From: Octopus sinensis | Lineage: Eukaryota | Length of the DNA stretch: 64,000 nt | Direction of reading: 5' to 3' | Assembly (NCBI RefSeq): GCF_006345805.1 | Contig: NC_043003.1 | Location: 73,532,001 to 73,596,000, forward strand | In this document: piece after piece, positions 51,563 through 64,000 of the stretch | How positions within the stretch are numbered: position 1 is the stretch's first letter | Layout: every line of letters begins with the position of its first letter | Position numbers and translations under genes: made by a program | Notes under the pieces: generated by a model | Told to the model about the DNA's origin: nothing | Seen by the model: the letters and a program-made list of their open reading frames with translations, nothing else | The model's database searches: none

Positions 51563-52399
51563 TTCAATATACGCGATTTAGGGACTGTTCAATTGAAATA
51601 GGCATCTATGAATCGTACATAATGTGCATACATCGTTGATACGTACGTTGCCCACGTATTAGATATGAGATAACACCACATATACGCCTACTGTGCACAA
51701 TAAGTATCGGACGAAGGTTGAAAACTTGAAATTTATCTGGAATACTTGCAGGTCATTGTCTAAATACATATTGTTTGTAGCACAGCACGTTTATGAGAGA
51801 CGGTATCGCACAGTCAACATACATACATGCATATATAATTATATATACACATATGAAATAAAAGCAACTAGTATAATAAATATTAACTACCGATACTTAA
51901 TGTATATGCGTAAGCTTGGTGTATTTTCTCGTGGCTGCATAGCGTGGGAAGAATATACACTCTCAAAGCATCGAGTGTTAAAACACCTCAAAGTTTTGGA
52001 CAGGAGAAGTAACAAAATTCAATCCATTTGGGAGTGATGGACACCTGGTGATTCGCCATTTTTGTCGTTTGTCATCATCAGGTACCGGCCATTTTTGAAG
52101 GCATGTCACGTAGTCAGTCCACGACTAATATAATTATGTTTAATATTTGGTAGAGCATATGATTTCACAAGCTGTAGTTGGAAAATTAGTGGCAAATGCC
52201 TGATATATTTTCCTGGTTTCTAAAGAAAGACGTGAAGTACATTTGGTAGGATAGATCCTTGATGTTGTGATACATCTGTGAGTGATCCAGTTGTTATTTT
52301 TCATGTTTAAGAAAGTGACTTGCGATATTTGTTTAACATGTACAATGTTTGTTTTTGTTGATGTTGAAGGAAATAAAACATTAGCATGAAACTTTAGAG

Positions 52400-52901
52400 C
52401 AGGGATGGAAAACCCCCGCCCGAGGGCGCAGTCGCGCCTGCAGGCTGGTATATATTCGTATGTATAGAATACAGTAAAGTTTTTAATTATAAAATTCATA
52501 CAATATTCGTAAGCATATTTGCGACATAGGTCGCGTTTCCACTACGACTTGAAACGGTTAGACTCGAACAGAAAATCGTCCGTTAATTGTCATTTGAGAG
52601 GAACTTTTGTCTTCACTATAAAACACATATTGCTATGTTTGTACTACCCCCTTGTAACCAAACTACATCGTAGCTGTAAAATAAAAAATACCTCATAAGT
52701 AATATTAACGTCCTAAATTAAGTGGCGGTGTTAATGAAGGTGTTACGCATCAATTTAATTTGCTAAACTCATCTTTATTAATGTATATCAAATTATACAT
52801 AGATATATACAAGATTTACACAAATATAAGAGTTAGAACTTGTGATCCGCCCGCAGACTTTATCTTTAGAAAATCGTGCCCACCGAAGGACTCTATCCAT
52901 G
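52400..52901. mobile_element. hAT (Buster/Charlie-like) MITE, 502 bp, with 8-bp TSD
   Basis: Left end cagggatggaaaacc..gcccgagggc, right end gcccgcag...ctatccatg; flanks ctttagag / cttaagag (7 of 8 match, central TA). Confidence 0.7.
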
Positions 52902-53394
52902 CTTAAGAGTCTATCCATGCCTCTACTTATAAGTCATGTAAATTGAGGAGAAAAGACATAAATTTCGTGAGCATGAAATTTAAGTGCGAAACATTGAAGA
53001 GAAATTAACAACAGTATATAGGCATTGTTGGCTGAACGTAGTGAATTAGTTTATAGATGTGTATCCGAAGAGGTAGGTGAAAGAAACCATACCCACATCT
53101 GATAGAACGCAGATCACAAATACGTCTCTCAGCAAAGGCTACGTAATGTGATCTTGCCTGAAGCCACAATTCGTTTAGTAAGAAACATGTGAAAACGAGA
53201 AGCGAGATATTTTGCCAGAAACTTCATATGGTGGCCACATATGAAATCGTTGTTGCTTAAATTTCAGTTTACACTTCTTTGATAACGCTTATTGGATATA
53301 TTCGAAATGGGTAAACGTACACTTCACTGAGAAGGTCTAATAACATCTAAACATGCCTTCACCGTCCATATTTCTTTCCAAAATTCTTCCACTC

Positions 53395-53830
53395 CTATTG
53401 CAGTTGGTACTGCATTGACAACAGATCTTTTCTCTTTTTTATATGTTGTTGGATATTATTTGTCAACAGAGTTTGTTTGGGTAGTGGTACTCCTATTTGG
53501 ATGGGTTTGTGGGAGTATCCAGCTTCTTTTGTGGCTGCAGTGCCTGCTGCATATATTATGTCATTTAGCTCAGTGATATTGCCATTTGTTTCTGTGGCTA
53601 TTAGTTCCGTGGCGCCCAGGTTTATGGTATTTATTATTGATGTTTTATTGTCTATTTTGATTTTTGGAAGGTATAATCGGTGGTCCATTCTGAGATCTGT
53701 GGTTTTCAGTACTTTAATCATTCTCATTTTTATAGTATAATAATCATTAGGTTCCCCTTCGTTGTTTCCAGGTTTTAGATTTTTGGCTAATTCTATATTC
53801 TTCTTATTTAATCTCGCTATGATGGTACCC
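53395..53830 (-). pseudogene. R4/Dong-like LINE N-terminal ORF fragment
   Basis: RLYLPKIK...INTIN...ITELNDIIYAAGTAAT...IQQHI..RKDL. Confidence 0.6.
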
Positions 53831-54039
53831 ACATTGGGAAGAGTAGAATACGACATTCCAACTGTCTTACGTGAAAAGATTCTATTATATTTATGGGAAG
53901 TAGGAAAGTCTTTTTTCTAAAATAGCCATACATTTCATATATATGTTTGTGGATAAGGCACAGTTGTACAGGATATTGCACCAGACAAAATTCTTACCTT
54001 CAAATTTATGGTGTAAGGGCAGAATCTACCTGTCCTATC

Positions 54040-54660
54040 CCTGCTCTATAGAATCGTACCTTGATTAATAAGTATGTTTATACTTCCAGTAGATTTCGTA
54101 TCGGTGTCGGGAGGAGTAATCAATACTTTCCCATCGCAATCTTTATTATCTAACCTAAGCTTCATTCTTGTTTTAGTATCTCGTCTCCTGCTGAAGCTTA
54201 TTCTATTATTATTTAAATTGTTAGGTCTGTAGAATGCTTTATGATTTGGTATTTTTTCACAAATAAGTAAGTTAGTAGTCCTTCTATTAGTCAAACTATC
54301 ATTATTTCCTCTATTAAAAGATACTGAACTTTCAGGACTAAGAAAAGTAACTTCCTGGTCATATCCCGCCTTAGACAAAGCAACATTGTAGTATTAGGAA
54401 TGGGTATTAAAATATCATTATTTGATGATAATTTTGTAATTCTCGTAGAAATACTTTTAATTACCGATTTTACACATTAGGCGGGTGGTAATTTGATAAT
54501 TTCTTCACGTATCTTTAACCTCACCTGGTTTCGTACAGGGGTGGTATAATCTAGAGTTAATGTCTAAAGTAGTATCTAAAATATTTACTACCTTTGTGGC
54601 ATATTCATACGTAACACCCAGGTTAAAGCTTTAAACAATTTTCTAATTCTTTTTCTCATT
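54040..54660 (-). pseudogene. PLE RT C-terminal fragment, same group as 748-993
   Basis: KRIRKLFK...KVVNILDTTLDIN...YHPCTKP...NYHPPN..SVIKSISTRITKLSSN...YYNVALSKAGY. Confidence 0.75.
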
Positions 54661-54711
54661 CTTTCTATGTCTGATTTATTGTTGCTAGGGATGATAAATA
54701 AATAGAGCATC

Positions 54712-54762
<51 letters not shown>

Positions 54763-54779
54763 TCTCTCTCTCTCTATAT

Positions 54780-54825
<46 letters not shown>

Positions 54826-54857
54826 ATATACATATATAATTGGACATTATACAAGAT

Positions 54858-54980
54858 ATGCTCAGGCGTGGTTGTGTGGTAGGAAGCTTAGTTCCCAACC
54901 ACGGGGCTATAAAAGTAGCTGTTCGGCAAGAGTTCAATAGGCTAAATACCAGGCTTCAAAAATAAGTACTGGGGTCAATA
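54858..54980 (+). mobile_element. SINE family B, internally deleted
   Basis: caggcgtggttgtgtggtaggaagcttagttcccaaccac joined to gttcggcaagag...taagtactggggtc. Confidence 0.6.
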
Positions 54981-56020
54981 AATTCGAGAAAAATAAATAA
55001 AAGAAACCAATGATAATTACATGCTTAAGAGATGTGGTCTAAAATCACCACCAGTAATACTCGGGTTCACATAAATTCCAGGGCATGAAGTGGTACTTAT
55101 AAATACCACATATATAATTTGTATCCATTAAAATTTCCCTACCATTTGATAAGTTGTGAATATCCACATAACTTATTGTGTTACCTATATATATATATAT
55201 ATCAAAATTTCAGTTATATTTTCTTAAGAGCAGTTGCAATGATTCAACTAAAGCTTTGAAAGACGCCAGACAGAACGAATACTTATGCATTGAACGTAAC
55301 CCAATTTCATATTCCATAATGAAATTATGTTTACGTGTTGGAGAATCTGCAATATTAGAGTGGATGTATGCGATATCTGTATATTATATTGAATATCTAC
55401 TCACGGATTTGTCACGTTTCTTTACCGGTCTAATTTGATAACTACACTTGTATCTCGAAACCTAACCAAATAAAGAAATTAACCACATTTTTACTCTGAC
55501 TAATATGCTATAATGGAAAGTGATACATTTCCTTTTGCGGATTTTCAGTTGCAAGTTCGAGTTGAGTGATCAACACACCATCCCGATTACCAGATTTGTG
55601 AATAAGTGTATTATAAATATTACCCTTATTCTCTCTTCTTCTATTGAAATGCAATGCATCAAGGAACCATAGGCAAATATCAACTTATGTAAGTAGGGTG
55701 TAATTTTAAGGAGATTTGTTCAACGTGTAATATCAATTTAGATGAAGTAAATTGTGTGTCGTAAGAAGAAACAAAACGTTATTTCGGTTCTAGATAGTCT
55801 CTTAAAGAAGAGTGATAGACTGAAATATTTCCTCTGCATTTGTTTTTGCTTATAGTAGAAAACTAACTACATTTTCTATCTGCGTGTTTAGCACTTTGCT
55901 CCTGGCCCCTCACCACATGATGGTAGCAACTCTGTCTCTGGATTAAGTCAGATTAACCTAACATTTTATTAGCATATATTTGAAATCGATGTAATATAGA
56001 TAGACAAATAGCTTTATATT

Positions 56021-56052
<32 letters not shown>

Positions 56053-56530
56053 ATATATATAGATATATGATTATATATTTGTTTCTTCCTGCTCCGAAAT
56101 ATATGGCCATGCGTTTATATAAATAAGGAAATATAGTTTACCGCTCTTATATCCCAAAAGTAGTATGATACCAGCAATTATGTATGTAGGGATAATGAAA
56201 AATTCACTTTACCTGGCGATCTTTTTAAATTCCAGAAAATAAGTGCTTTGTCAATACTAACATCCGAGAAAATTCGTGTTGCACACACGGAAAGATCGCC
56301 GTTTACCGATTAGGGAAATGCTACCAGCTTCGAAAATCGTTGAGACAGGACTGGCACCGATGTAAAAGAGATGAGTACACCTTACCCAAAATTTTACCAG
56401 TAGCGTTTCGTTCCAGTTATTTATTTGTCTCCTCCAGCTGCCGGGAGGTTATATGCTTTATAGGACCGGAACCAATAGCCACTCTCTGACAGGTCATAAC
56501 ATTCAGCCTTGAAAGTATATATATATATAT

Positions 56531-56800
56531 ATTATAATTAAGGGTATCTAAGAGATAGCACCATGCTAGAAATAGCATCCAAAACTTTACTCTAATACCA
56601 CATTAAATGTTCATACAGCACCAGGAGAGAAGACAAAGAGGCAAAATAAAATAATATGGAATTATCCAGTACTTTTTTTGCTAGTTTATTGTCTCTTTGT
56701 CTTCTCTCCTGGTGCTTTATGAACATTTAATGTGGTTTTAGTCAAGTTATGACTGATATTTCTAGCATGGTGGTATCTCCTAGATACCCTTAATTATAAT
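56531..56800. mobile_element. MITE-like hairpin element, about 115-bp inverted arms
   Basis: attataattaagggtatcta.gagata.caccatgctagaaat...accacattaaatgttcata.agcaccaggagagaagacaaagag mirrored at 56693-56800. Confidence 0.8.
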
Positions 56801-56917
56801 TTCAATAAGAATTATAACATTTGAGGTTTTCATTCCCATACTGGCCACTTGATGAGATCGGTATTTTTAATATAGATCTTATCCTTATTTATATAAATTT
56901 ATATATGTATATATATT

Positions 56918-57296
56918 CCTGGCACCCCATCGGTTACGACGACAAAGGATCCAGTTGATTCGATCAACGGAACAGCCTACTCGTTAAATTAACGCGTAAG
57001 TGACTGAGCACTCCACAGACACGTGAGCCCTTCACATAGATCTCGAGGAGATTCAGCGTGACACAGTCTCTGACAAGGCCGGCCCTCCGAAGTACAGGTA
57101 CAACAGAAACAGCAAGAAAGAGTAAGAGAGAGTTGTGGTGAACAAGTACAGCAGGGTTACCACCATCTACCGCCGGAGCTTCGTGGAGCTTTAGGTGTTT
57201 TCGCTCGATAAACACTCACAACCCCCGTTCTGGGTAACGAAACTGCGATCCCTCGAACGTGAGTCCGCTGCTCTAACCCCAGAGCCTTTGCACCTC
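56918..57296 (-). mobile_element. tRNA-derived SINE family C
   Basis: Colinear with 49027-49413. Confidence 0.8.
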
Positions 57297-58850
57297 TAAT
57301 ATGTAAATATATGTATGCATGTATATACATACAGCTATGCATATATACACACACATAAAAACATCCCCCCCATACATATATATATTGAGTGTTAGGTGTG
57401 ATGTACAGAAATTGAATACTGAGAAAAAAAGTCAGAATTTTGGAAAAAATCTTTTTATTTCTTAATTATTATTATCGCTTTCGTTCGCTTCTCGAAATTG
57501 TCAAAAAGTTTTGTGAATGTACAAAGGGCTTGTTCTTTTATAAACAGCATTTTGTTTTTTTTTGGGGGGGGTGTTAAGAAGAAGACAGCAGTGTTTTTTG
57601 GTGGGGGGTAGGTTTCATTGACAATAGAGATGGATAGATAGAAATATAGGTAGGTAGTAAATAGGCTGATAGATAGATAGACAGATGGATAGACAGAGAG
57701 TCAGACAGATAGATAGATAGGTAGAGAGAGATAGAGAAGGGGGATCCCCCCTTCCTATTCACCATTTATTTATCTATTTCTCTCTCTCTCTCTCTATCTA
57801 TTTATCTATCAGCCTACCTACCTACCTACCTACCTACCCACCTACTTACCTATATTTCTATCAATCCATCTCAATTGTCAATGGAACCTCATCCACAAAA
57901 ACAAAAACAATGTTCTCTTCTCATCCCCCTCCAAAAAAAAAACGTTTGTTTTATATAAATGAATAAGCTGTTCGTATATTCACAAAGCTGACAATTCCGA
58001 GAAACGAACGGAAGCGCGAATAATAATGAAGAAATGAAAATATTTTTTACCAACATTCTGACGACGTTTCTCTCAATATATATGTATATACATATATTGC
58101 GTACTGGTCTGTGATGGTAAGATGAACAAGAAAAGTACTCCATCTGGTGAAGGATAAATATTATTTAATTAACACCGTTTTTATGAGCTACTAAATGTTT
58201 ACGCGATAAAAACAATTCAGGATTTTATAACACATCTTATGCACATTTCAAAATTTTGCCCATTTGACATAAAGACCTAAATCAGGACGATAGGATAAGA
58301 GTAAATGCGACAAAAGGCGAAACAGAAGTTGATGTAAAATGTGGATCTTTGAAAACGCCGGACGTCTAACGCCATAATATATTTACAATCAAGTGGAAAA
58401 TAGCTGAAAAATCAGAATTAAGAACTATCTCACTACAGAATTCCAGATCTGAAAATTTCAGCGGCTGTAAATATATGCACATATGCATTAGTTCTTTAAG
58501 TTGACGAATTGGTAACTACCACCCTCTCCACTTTGAATAGCTTTTCTGTAGACTCCCGGTTCCTATCCATTCGGCTTTACAGCTTTAGAGTCGATGGGGA
58601 CGTAACTAATACTCTCCCACTTACTTTTCCCATTTTCTTTTCTTTTTTTTTTTTAGAGATTTCAACATTTCACCCTTTAGATCTAGCTTTTTCTCTTATG
58701 CTATCGCCCTGTTTTAGCTTATTATGTCATATGGGCAGCACCTGAAGATCGCAGGAAGGCACCAAACGTGTTATAACATGCTGCCAGAAATATTTTCATC
58801 AAATGAAACTAAAATTAGCTCATAAAAGTATATATTGTGTTTATTAAATA

Positions 58851-58915
<65 letters not shown>

Positions 58916-59593
58916 CATATCTATCTATCTATCTATACATACATATATATATAGTCATTAATTGTGACTGCGTGTTCTTGACGCATATATATTGATAGAA
59001 AGAATAATTAAACTACTTATAGCTGCGTTAAAACACTTCTATATATACTGACTGGGTAAACAACTGCCTCATAAGCTAAGCAAATCTAGAACACTGGACT
59101 TGACAGTTTCATCCTAATGGATATTGACAACACTGTGCGTCCATGGAAGCAATAGAGGCACAATGCTGACAATAACAACATCATTTACGCTATATAGATT
59201 GAAGTATTAGCTACATACGTAGATAATATTTGCTGATACACAGTAAGTTCTTTACTAATAGGAGAGTGGCCGCATTAGATAAAATATCTTGTGGTATTGA
59301 GTTACATTGTTATTTTGTTCTGAAATCCCGCTTGTCAATAAACTAACGTACGATGAATTCGACATTTTCATAATCGAACAATTTTTCCTCTTTAAGTGTT
59401 TATGGTACAAATAACACTTATACGCTTTCCTGATATTCTCTACATATCACCAATGCAATGAATGAAGACCAATAGTTTTCTATAAGCAAGACATAAGGTA
59501 TCTTATAAAACCTGCCAAGCCACTTTTCTCCACAGTAAGAAACTATTAGTAGCTCCTATCTTTATACCGTCTATATTAAATAATGTTTGTATA

Positions 59594-59686
<93 letters not shown>

Positions 59687-60321
59687 ATATATGCAAATAT
59701 GTGTATGTGTTCCTGTGTGTGTTTCTGTGTGTGTGGTGTATGTGCCGTGTATGTATGTGTGTGTGTGTGTGAGTGCATGTCTGTAAGGATGGGCGGATGT
59801 ATCTCTGCATATATTAATACAAGAAGTGCTCGTTTCTCAGAATTAGAAAAAAAAAAATTAGTATTAATCAATCACATTTGCGAAGCCAAATAACGAAAGG
59901 TAATGTAATTCATCATAAAACCCTTATAATTTCGAGATTCTTTTGCTGAAATTTCCATGTAATTTTATTATCTAAGAAACATGAGATATCAATGTGTTTT
60001 TTTTAGTTTATCTATATATGAACTACAGAAAACTATAAGATATTCTATTGAGAGAATAATATTGGTGTATGTAAGTTTGTCCGTGTGTGTGCATGTGTGT
60101 ATCTGGGTGCGTGGTGTGCACTCGTTTCCCTAATGCCATTCCATGAAATCTACCAGAAATTTATTGGGAAAACTGTTATAATCACTGCCTTTAACTTTTA
60201 CCACTGGCGTCTGTTGAATGTACAAGCAACAAGGATCAATCTTATACTGTCAACTATATTAATAGTGATTAATATCATTAATATATATATATATATATAT
60301 ATACATATACACACAGTATAT

Positions 60322-60520
60322 TCGGACTACAAATTTACATTTATACCTGTAATATTTGGAGTACTTGCTTTTGTAAATAAATCCCTTACTGTTAGTCGGG
60401 ACAGGTTTGGATTTTAAGAAAACGAAATCAACCAACTGACTGGCACATAACAAATACAATCTGTAAACGGAACAGTAATACTATGTAAGAATTTTCTAGA
60501 GTTTTAAATGTGACATGGTT
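60322..60520 (+). pseudogene. R4/Dong-like LINE extreme C-terminal fragment
   Basis: DYKFTFIPVIFGVLAFVNKSL...GF.ENEINQL...QSVNGTVILCKNFLEF. Confidence 0.6.
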
Positions 60521-60671
60521 TGCATTATCTACATTCCAATGATGGAGCTTTGTATCTCTGTTAAAAACTAGCTCCCTCTTCAAAGACCGAATTCAAATAA
60601 TTAAAACCAGAAAAGAACATACATAGATACGTGCATAGATGCAGACATACATGCATACAGACATCCGGCAT

Positions 60672-60855
60672 AAAAACAGAGACGGAAAATGTCTTTGCAG
60701 TGCTAGTACTCATACCGACATTTGGGATGCTTGATTGAACGCTTGGTGAGATCTGAGGCATTGATGTGCAAACCAAGAAAATATTAACAAGCACATCAAC
60801 GGTGACGTAGACCGCCTCTACCTAACTCGAAAGCAAAGCGGCAGAGACTTAACAC
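60672..60855 (+). pseudogene. R4/Dong-like LINE post-RT fragment
   Basis: FAVLVLIPTFGMLD.TLGEI.GIDVQTKKILT...DVDRLYLTRKQSGRDL. Confidence 0.7.
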
Positions 60856-60908
60856 CGATTCAAACTAACTTTGAATGACAATTCATATTCCTTAGGCTAC
60901 ATAATATA

Positions 60909-60983
60909 GTAGCTGCAGATTTCTCAATATTTCAGTGTAAGTATTCTCTTTTTTAAGTGAAATATTGAGAAATCTGCAGCTAC
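60909..60983. repeat. Perfect 26-bp inverted repeat with 23-nt spacer
   Basis: gtagctgcagatttctcaatatttca / tgaaatattgagaaatctgcagctac. Confidence 0.9.
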
Positions 60984-61214
60984 TCTATCCAGATTACAAG
61001 TTCAGGTTTATATCTGGGGCTCTGGTAGATGTAACACTCTGCCTAAATACCAGTCTTGAGAAAGTAGACTTCTATAAACCAAAAAAGAGTAAACTGATTT
61101 GAAGACTACATAGCCAATCCATTACTGTTAAAGTCTGTAAACATTTCCAGAAGGTTATCATATAAACTATATGTATATGCTACATACATAATACAAATGA
61201 GGCTAATCTGTATA

Positions 61215-62111
61215 TACTTAGTATGATCAATAAGTATGCGGACGGTTTCCATAGTAAACAAAAGCACGCAGAATAAAACCACTTGGCACAGATTCCCGTT
61301 GAACTCTGCATGCGCACAGTTTTGATGTTCTAGCTTACTTTCTCTATTTGAAGCAGTACTTGGAACGAACATATGTAGCGTCTGACCGTGATAGAGAAAG
61401 CTGAGCAGAAAATCTGCATCAAATTTTGCCAAAAGCTTGGCGATACCTGCTCAGAGGCCTACGCAAAGTTCTCAAAAAGTTTTCATCGTTCTCGACAGAA
61501 TCAAAGAGATCATGTGCAACTAAAACCCAACTGTCTTTTTGGTCAGTTGAAAGCAGTTTCAGCACAAACCTGTCAGACACGCGTCTCATACCCAAATCCT
61601 CAGTGATAATGGACTGAACTGAAGTGTAACTATCTACATATCCTCTGATAACTCACGGATGGTGATTCAGCGATTTCTCATTCCACTTGCACGAACATCT
61701 GCAACGTTTTTTCACAGTTATGCTGCTTGCAGGTCTCCTAGAACGTAGGTTACTCTCGACATTTTTCCGGCCATCTTGAAAACCTCTGAATCACTCGTAC
61801 ACTTGTGTGCAGCTCATACGGTCCATATACTTTCTACAAGTTTGCGTAGGCCTCTGAGCAGGTATCACCATCACAACATGCTCTGTCATGGTCAATGCGA
61901 CGATCACACGCTACCCACATTCCTTCCAAGCACTGCTATAAACAGCAGAAGTGAGCTAGAATGAGCTAAAACTTAGCTAAAAGTAAGCTAAAACTCAGTG
62001 CGCATACGCAGCAGAATTAAAGGTCAATCTGTGCTAATCGATTTTACTCTGCCTGCTTTCGCTTAATTACTATGGCAACAGTCTTGTTATTTATTGAGCA
62101 GACCTCGTGTA
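61215..62111. mobile_element. Mariner derivative made of two converging 5' ends
   Basis: Plus strand: TIR-like atgatcaataagtatgcggac and EQKICIKFCQKLGDTCSEAYAK. Minus strand: TIR tacacgaggtctgctcaataaat and GDTCSEAYAN...TIRELSED...SIITEDLGMRRVS.RFV.KLLS.DQK. Confidence 0.8.
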
Positions 62112-62702
62112 CATATATACAAAAATATCCTGCTGATGTTGAAATTCCAATGAAGGAGCCTTGGATCTAGATTAGGAACCTGCTCCTTTTGTATTGGCAA
62201 GAAATATTAAAATAAAACTGAATAATGACATACATACATGCATGCATACATACATATGTTGCAGGTGCTAATTTTGAAAGGATAAATGTGTGTTACATAA
62301 AGAATATAAGCATTTCTTTTATTTTGAAGTGTATCGCATCAACATGCTGCTCATGGAAAATGCTTTAAGGGAACTCCAGTTCTTTCTCAATTTCACGTCA
62401 CGATAATTCTATCACTGATTCTTTTTTTTTATCTAGTTGATTGACATTTAGTATTACATCAAAGTATTCACCTTTCACAACTTATAGAGACAAAACTCAG
62501 TTTTATTAAACTGCTTCATACCAGAGACACACAAATTACCCGGGTATAGAAATAAGGTGGTATTCATGAAATTTATGAATATCTTGGTTCTTTGCGCTCC
62601 TTATTCCTTTACGTTGTTTAGGTTATTGACAAAAATAACAGTCCTTAAAACACTAATTTTGAAATCTGATGCTCATTCTCTTTTTTTTTTCATTTTCAAT
62701 AT

Positions 62703-62925
62703 GTACCTACCTACCTACCTACCTACATACATACATACATACCTACGAACCTACCTACCTACCTACCTACCTACCTACCTACCTACCTACCTACCTACCT
62801 ACCTACCTACCTACTTACCTACCTATCTGTCAACCTACTTCCCTACTAACCTACCTACCTACCTGCATACATACATACAAACATAGAGAGAGAGATGGAT
62901 AGATGAATAGATACATTGATTGATT

Positions 62926-62998
<73 letters not shown>
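62703..62998. repeat. (CTAC)n and (ATAG)n microsatellites
   Basis: Direct reading. Confidence 0.95.
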
Positions 62999-63292
62999 CA
63001 AATTCACTACGTTGCTGTTTGAGGTGTGATAAAGTAGAATCATTTCTCAGATCATGCTTATCATGTATAGAAACAATTTAATGATAGGTCATGTGCTCTC
63101 CGTTATTTATCATTTAAGCTAACCCTTCACATAATATTTCCATGTTTTTCAGCGGATTTATAATTCCATTGTTTGTCTGAAACAACAGAGAAGTCTTCAA
63201 TATATATTTCTAAAGATATTTCCTATATCTCACAAGTTCTTGCAAATATAATAAATAAGATTTAGACAAACACACACAAATAGGTTTACTTA

Positions 63293-63327
<35 letters not shown>

Positions 63328-63331
<4 letters not shown>

Positions 63332-63490
63332 CGGAGTAAACACATAAATGTGAAACAGGGTGGAAAAAAGAGTACTCAAATACCAGTGGTAGAGTAATAT
63401 GCTTTATTTTAAGCAGCAGAAAATTCAACAAAATCTGTTACTCTGAGTTTCTCGTTGCCGTTCATCAGACAGTTTTTGCTAGAATGGAAC
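63328..63490 (-). mobile_element. PLE pLTR fragment ending in (TA)n
   Basis: Homologous to 14172-14262; contains the HHR below. Confidence 0.7.
63435..63472 (-). ncRNA. Minimal type-I HHR motif, canonical core, palindromic stem III
   Basis: Reverse complement: ctgt-CTGATGA-a cg gcaa cg a-GAAA-c tcaga g-TA-acag. Confidence 0.7.
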
Positions 63491-63725
63491 TTATATATTA
63501 ATTCAATCTATACTCTTACAAACGCTACACCTTTAAAAAGAAATGGACTTGTTTGATTGGCCCTTTAGAAAAAACGGTCAATCTTCGAGCGATAAACAAA
63601 AAGGTCAAAAATATATGTATATATATATATAAAAACTTATAAAAATTATAAAATCCGAGGAAAAAACCGAGGAAAAAAACCTATTGCCGTTAATGAAGAC
63701 AGTACAAATTAATGCATATAAATTA

Positions 63726-63841
63726 AACCTGTTATAAATACTGCAATACATATTTATATATATGTGGATTTTAATATAATCCACATATAACCTGTTATAA
63801 ATACTGCAATACATATTTATATATATGTGGATTTTAATATA
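63726..63841. repeat. Direct duplication of a 53-bp unit, period 63
   Basis: aacctgttataaatactgcaatacatatttatatatatgtggattttaatata occurs twice. Confidence 0.9.
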
Positions 63842-63859
63842 TGTAGATTTTAAAATAAA

Positions 63860-63962
<103 letters not shown>

Positions 63963-64000
63963 TACATATATATATGTATGTATATATATATATACACACG

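Noticed and set aside
55850-55925. HFAPGP after an ag acceptor, resembling an MMP motif
   Set aside because: Downstream GDAHFD is absent and the donor is weak.
56380-56450. HHR-like layout on the minus strand (CTGGAGGA...GAAACgcTA)
   Set aside because: The core has an insertion and stem II does not pair.

Overview
AT-rich eukaryotic intergenic or intronic DNA, dense in microsatellites. The SINE families and the (TA)n/(CA)n load suggest an octopod cephalopod, but this is inference from recalled repeat sequences, not a database hit. I could not support any host protein-coding gene, rRNA, true tRNA or CRISPR array. Most ORFs in the track are microsatellite read-throughs. The window is a graveyard of mobile elements: Penelope-like element (PLE) remnants with RT-thumb and GIY-YIG coding pieces, R4/Dong-like, Tx1/L1-like and RTE-like LINE fragments, a Helitron Rep/helicase fragment, a Tc1 copy, a mariner chimera, hAT and pogo-type MITEs, and three tRNA-derived SINE families. 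The strongest signal is a recurring set of type-I hammerhead ribozyme (HHR) motifs in PLE pseudo-LTR (pLTR)-like repeats: about a dozen copies from several sequence families. Three keep a canonical core (4154-4209, 13833-13895, 63435-63472 on the minus strand). Many sit in inverted, palindromic or tandem arrangements. PLE-associated HHRs are a known class, so the novelty here would lie in the specific families, core variants and architectures, not in a new system.
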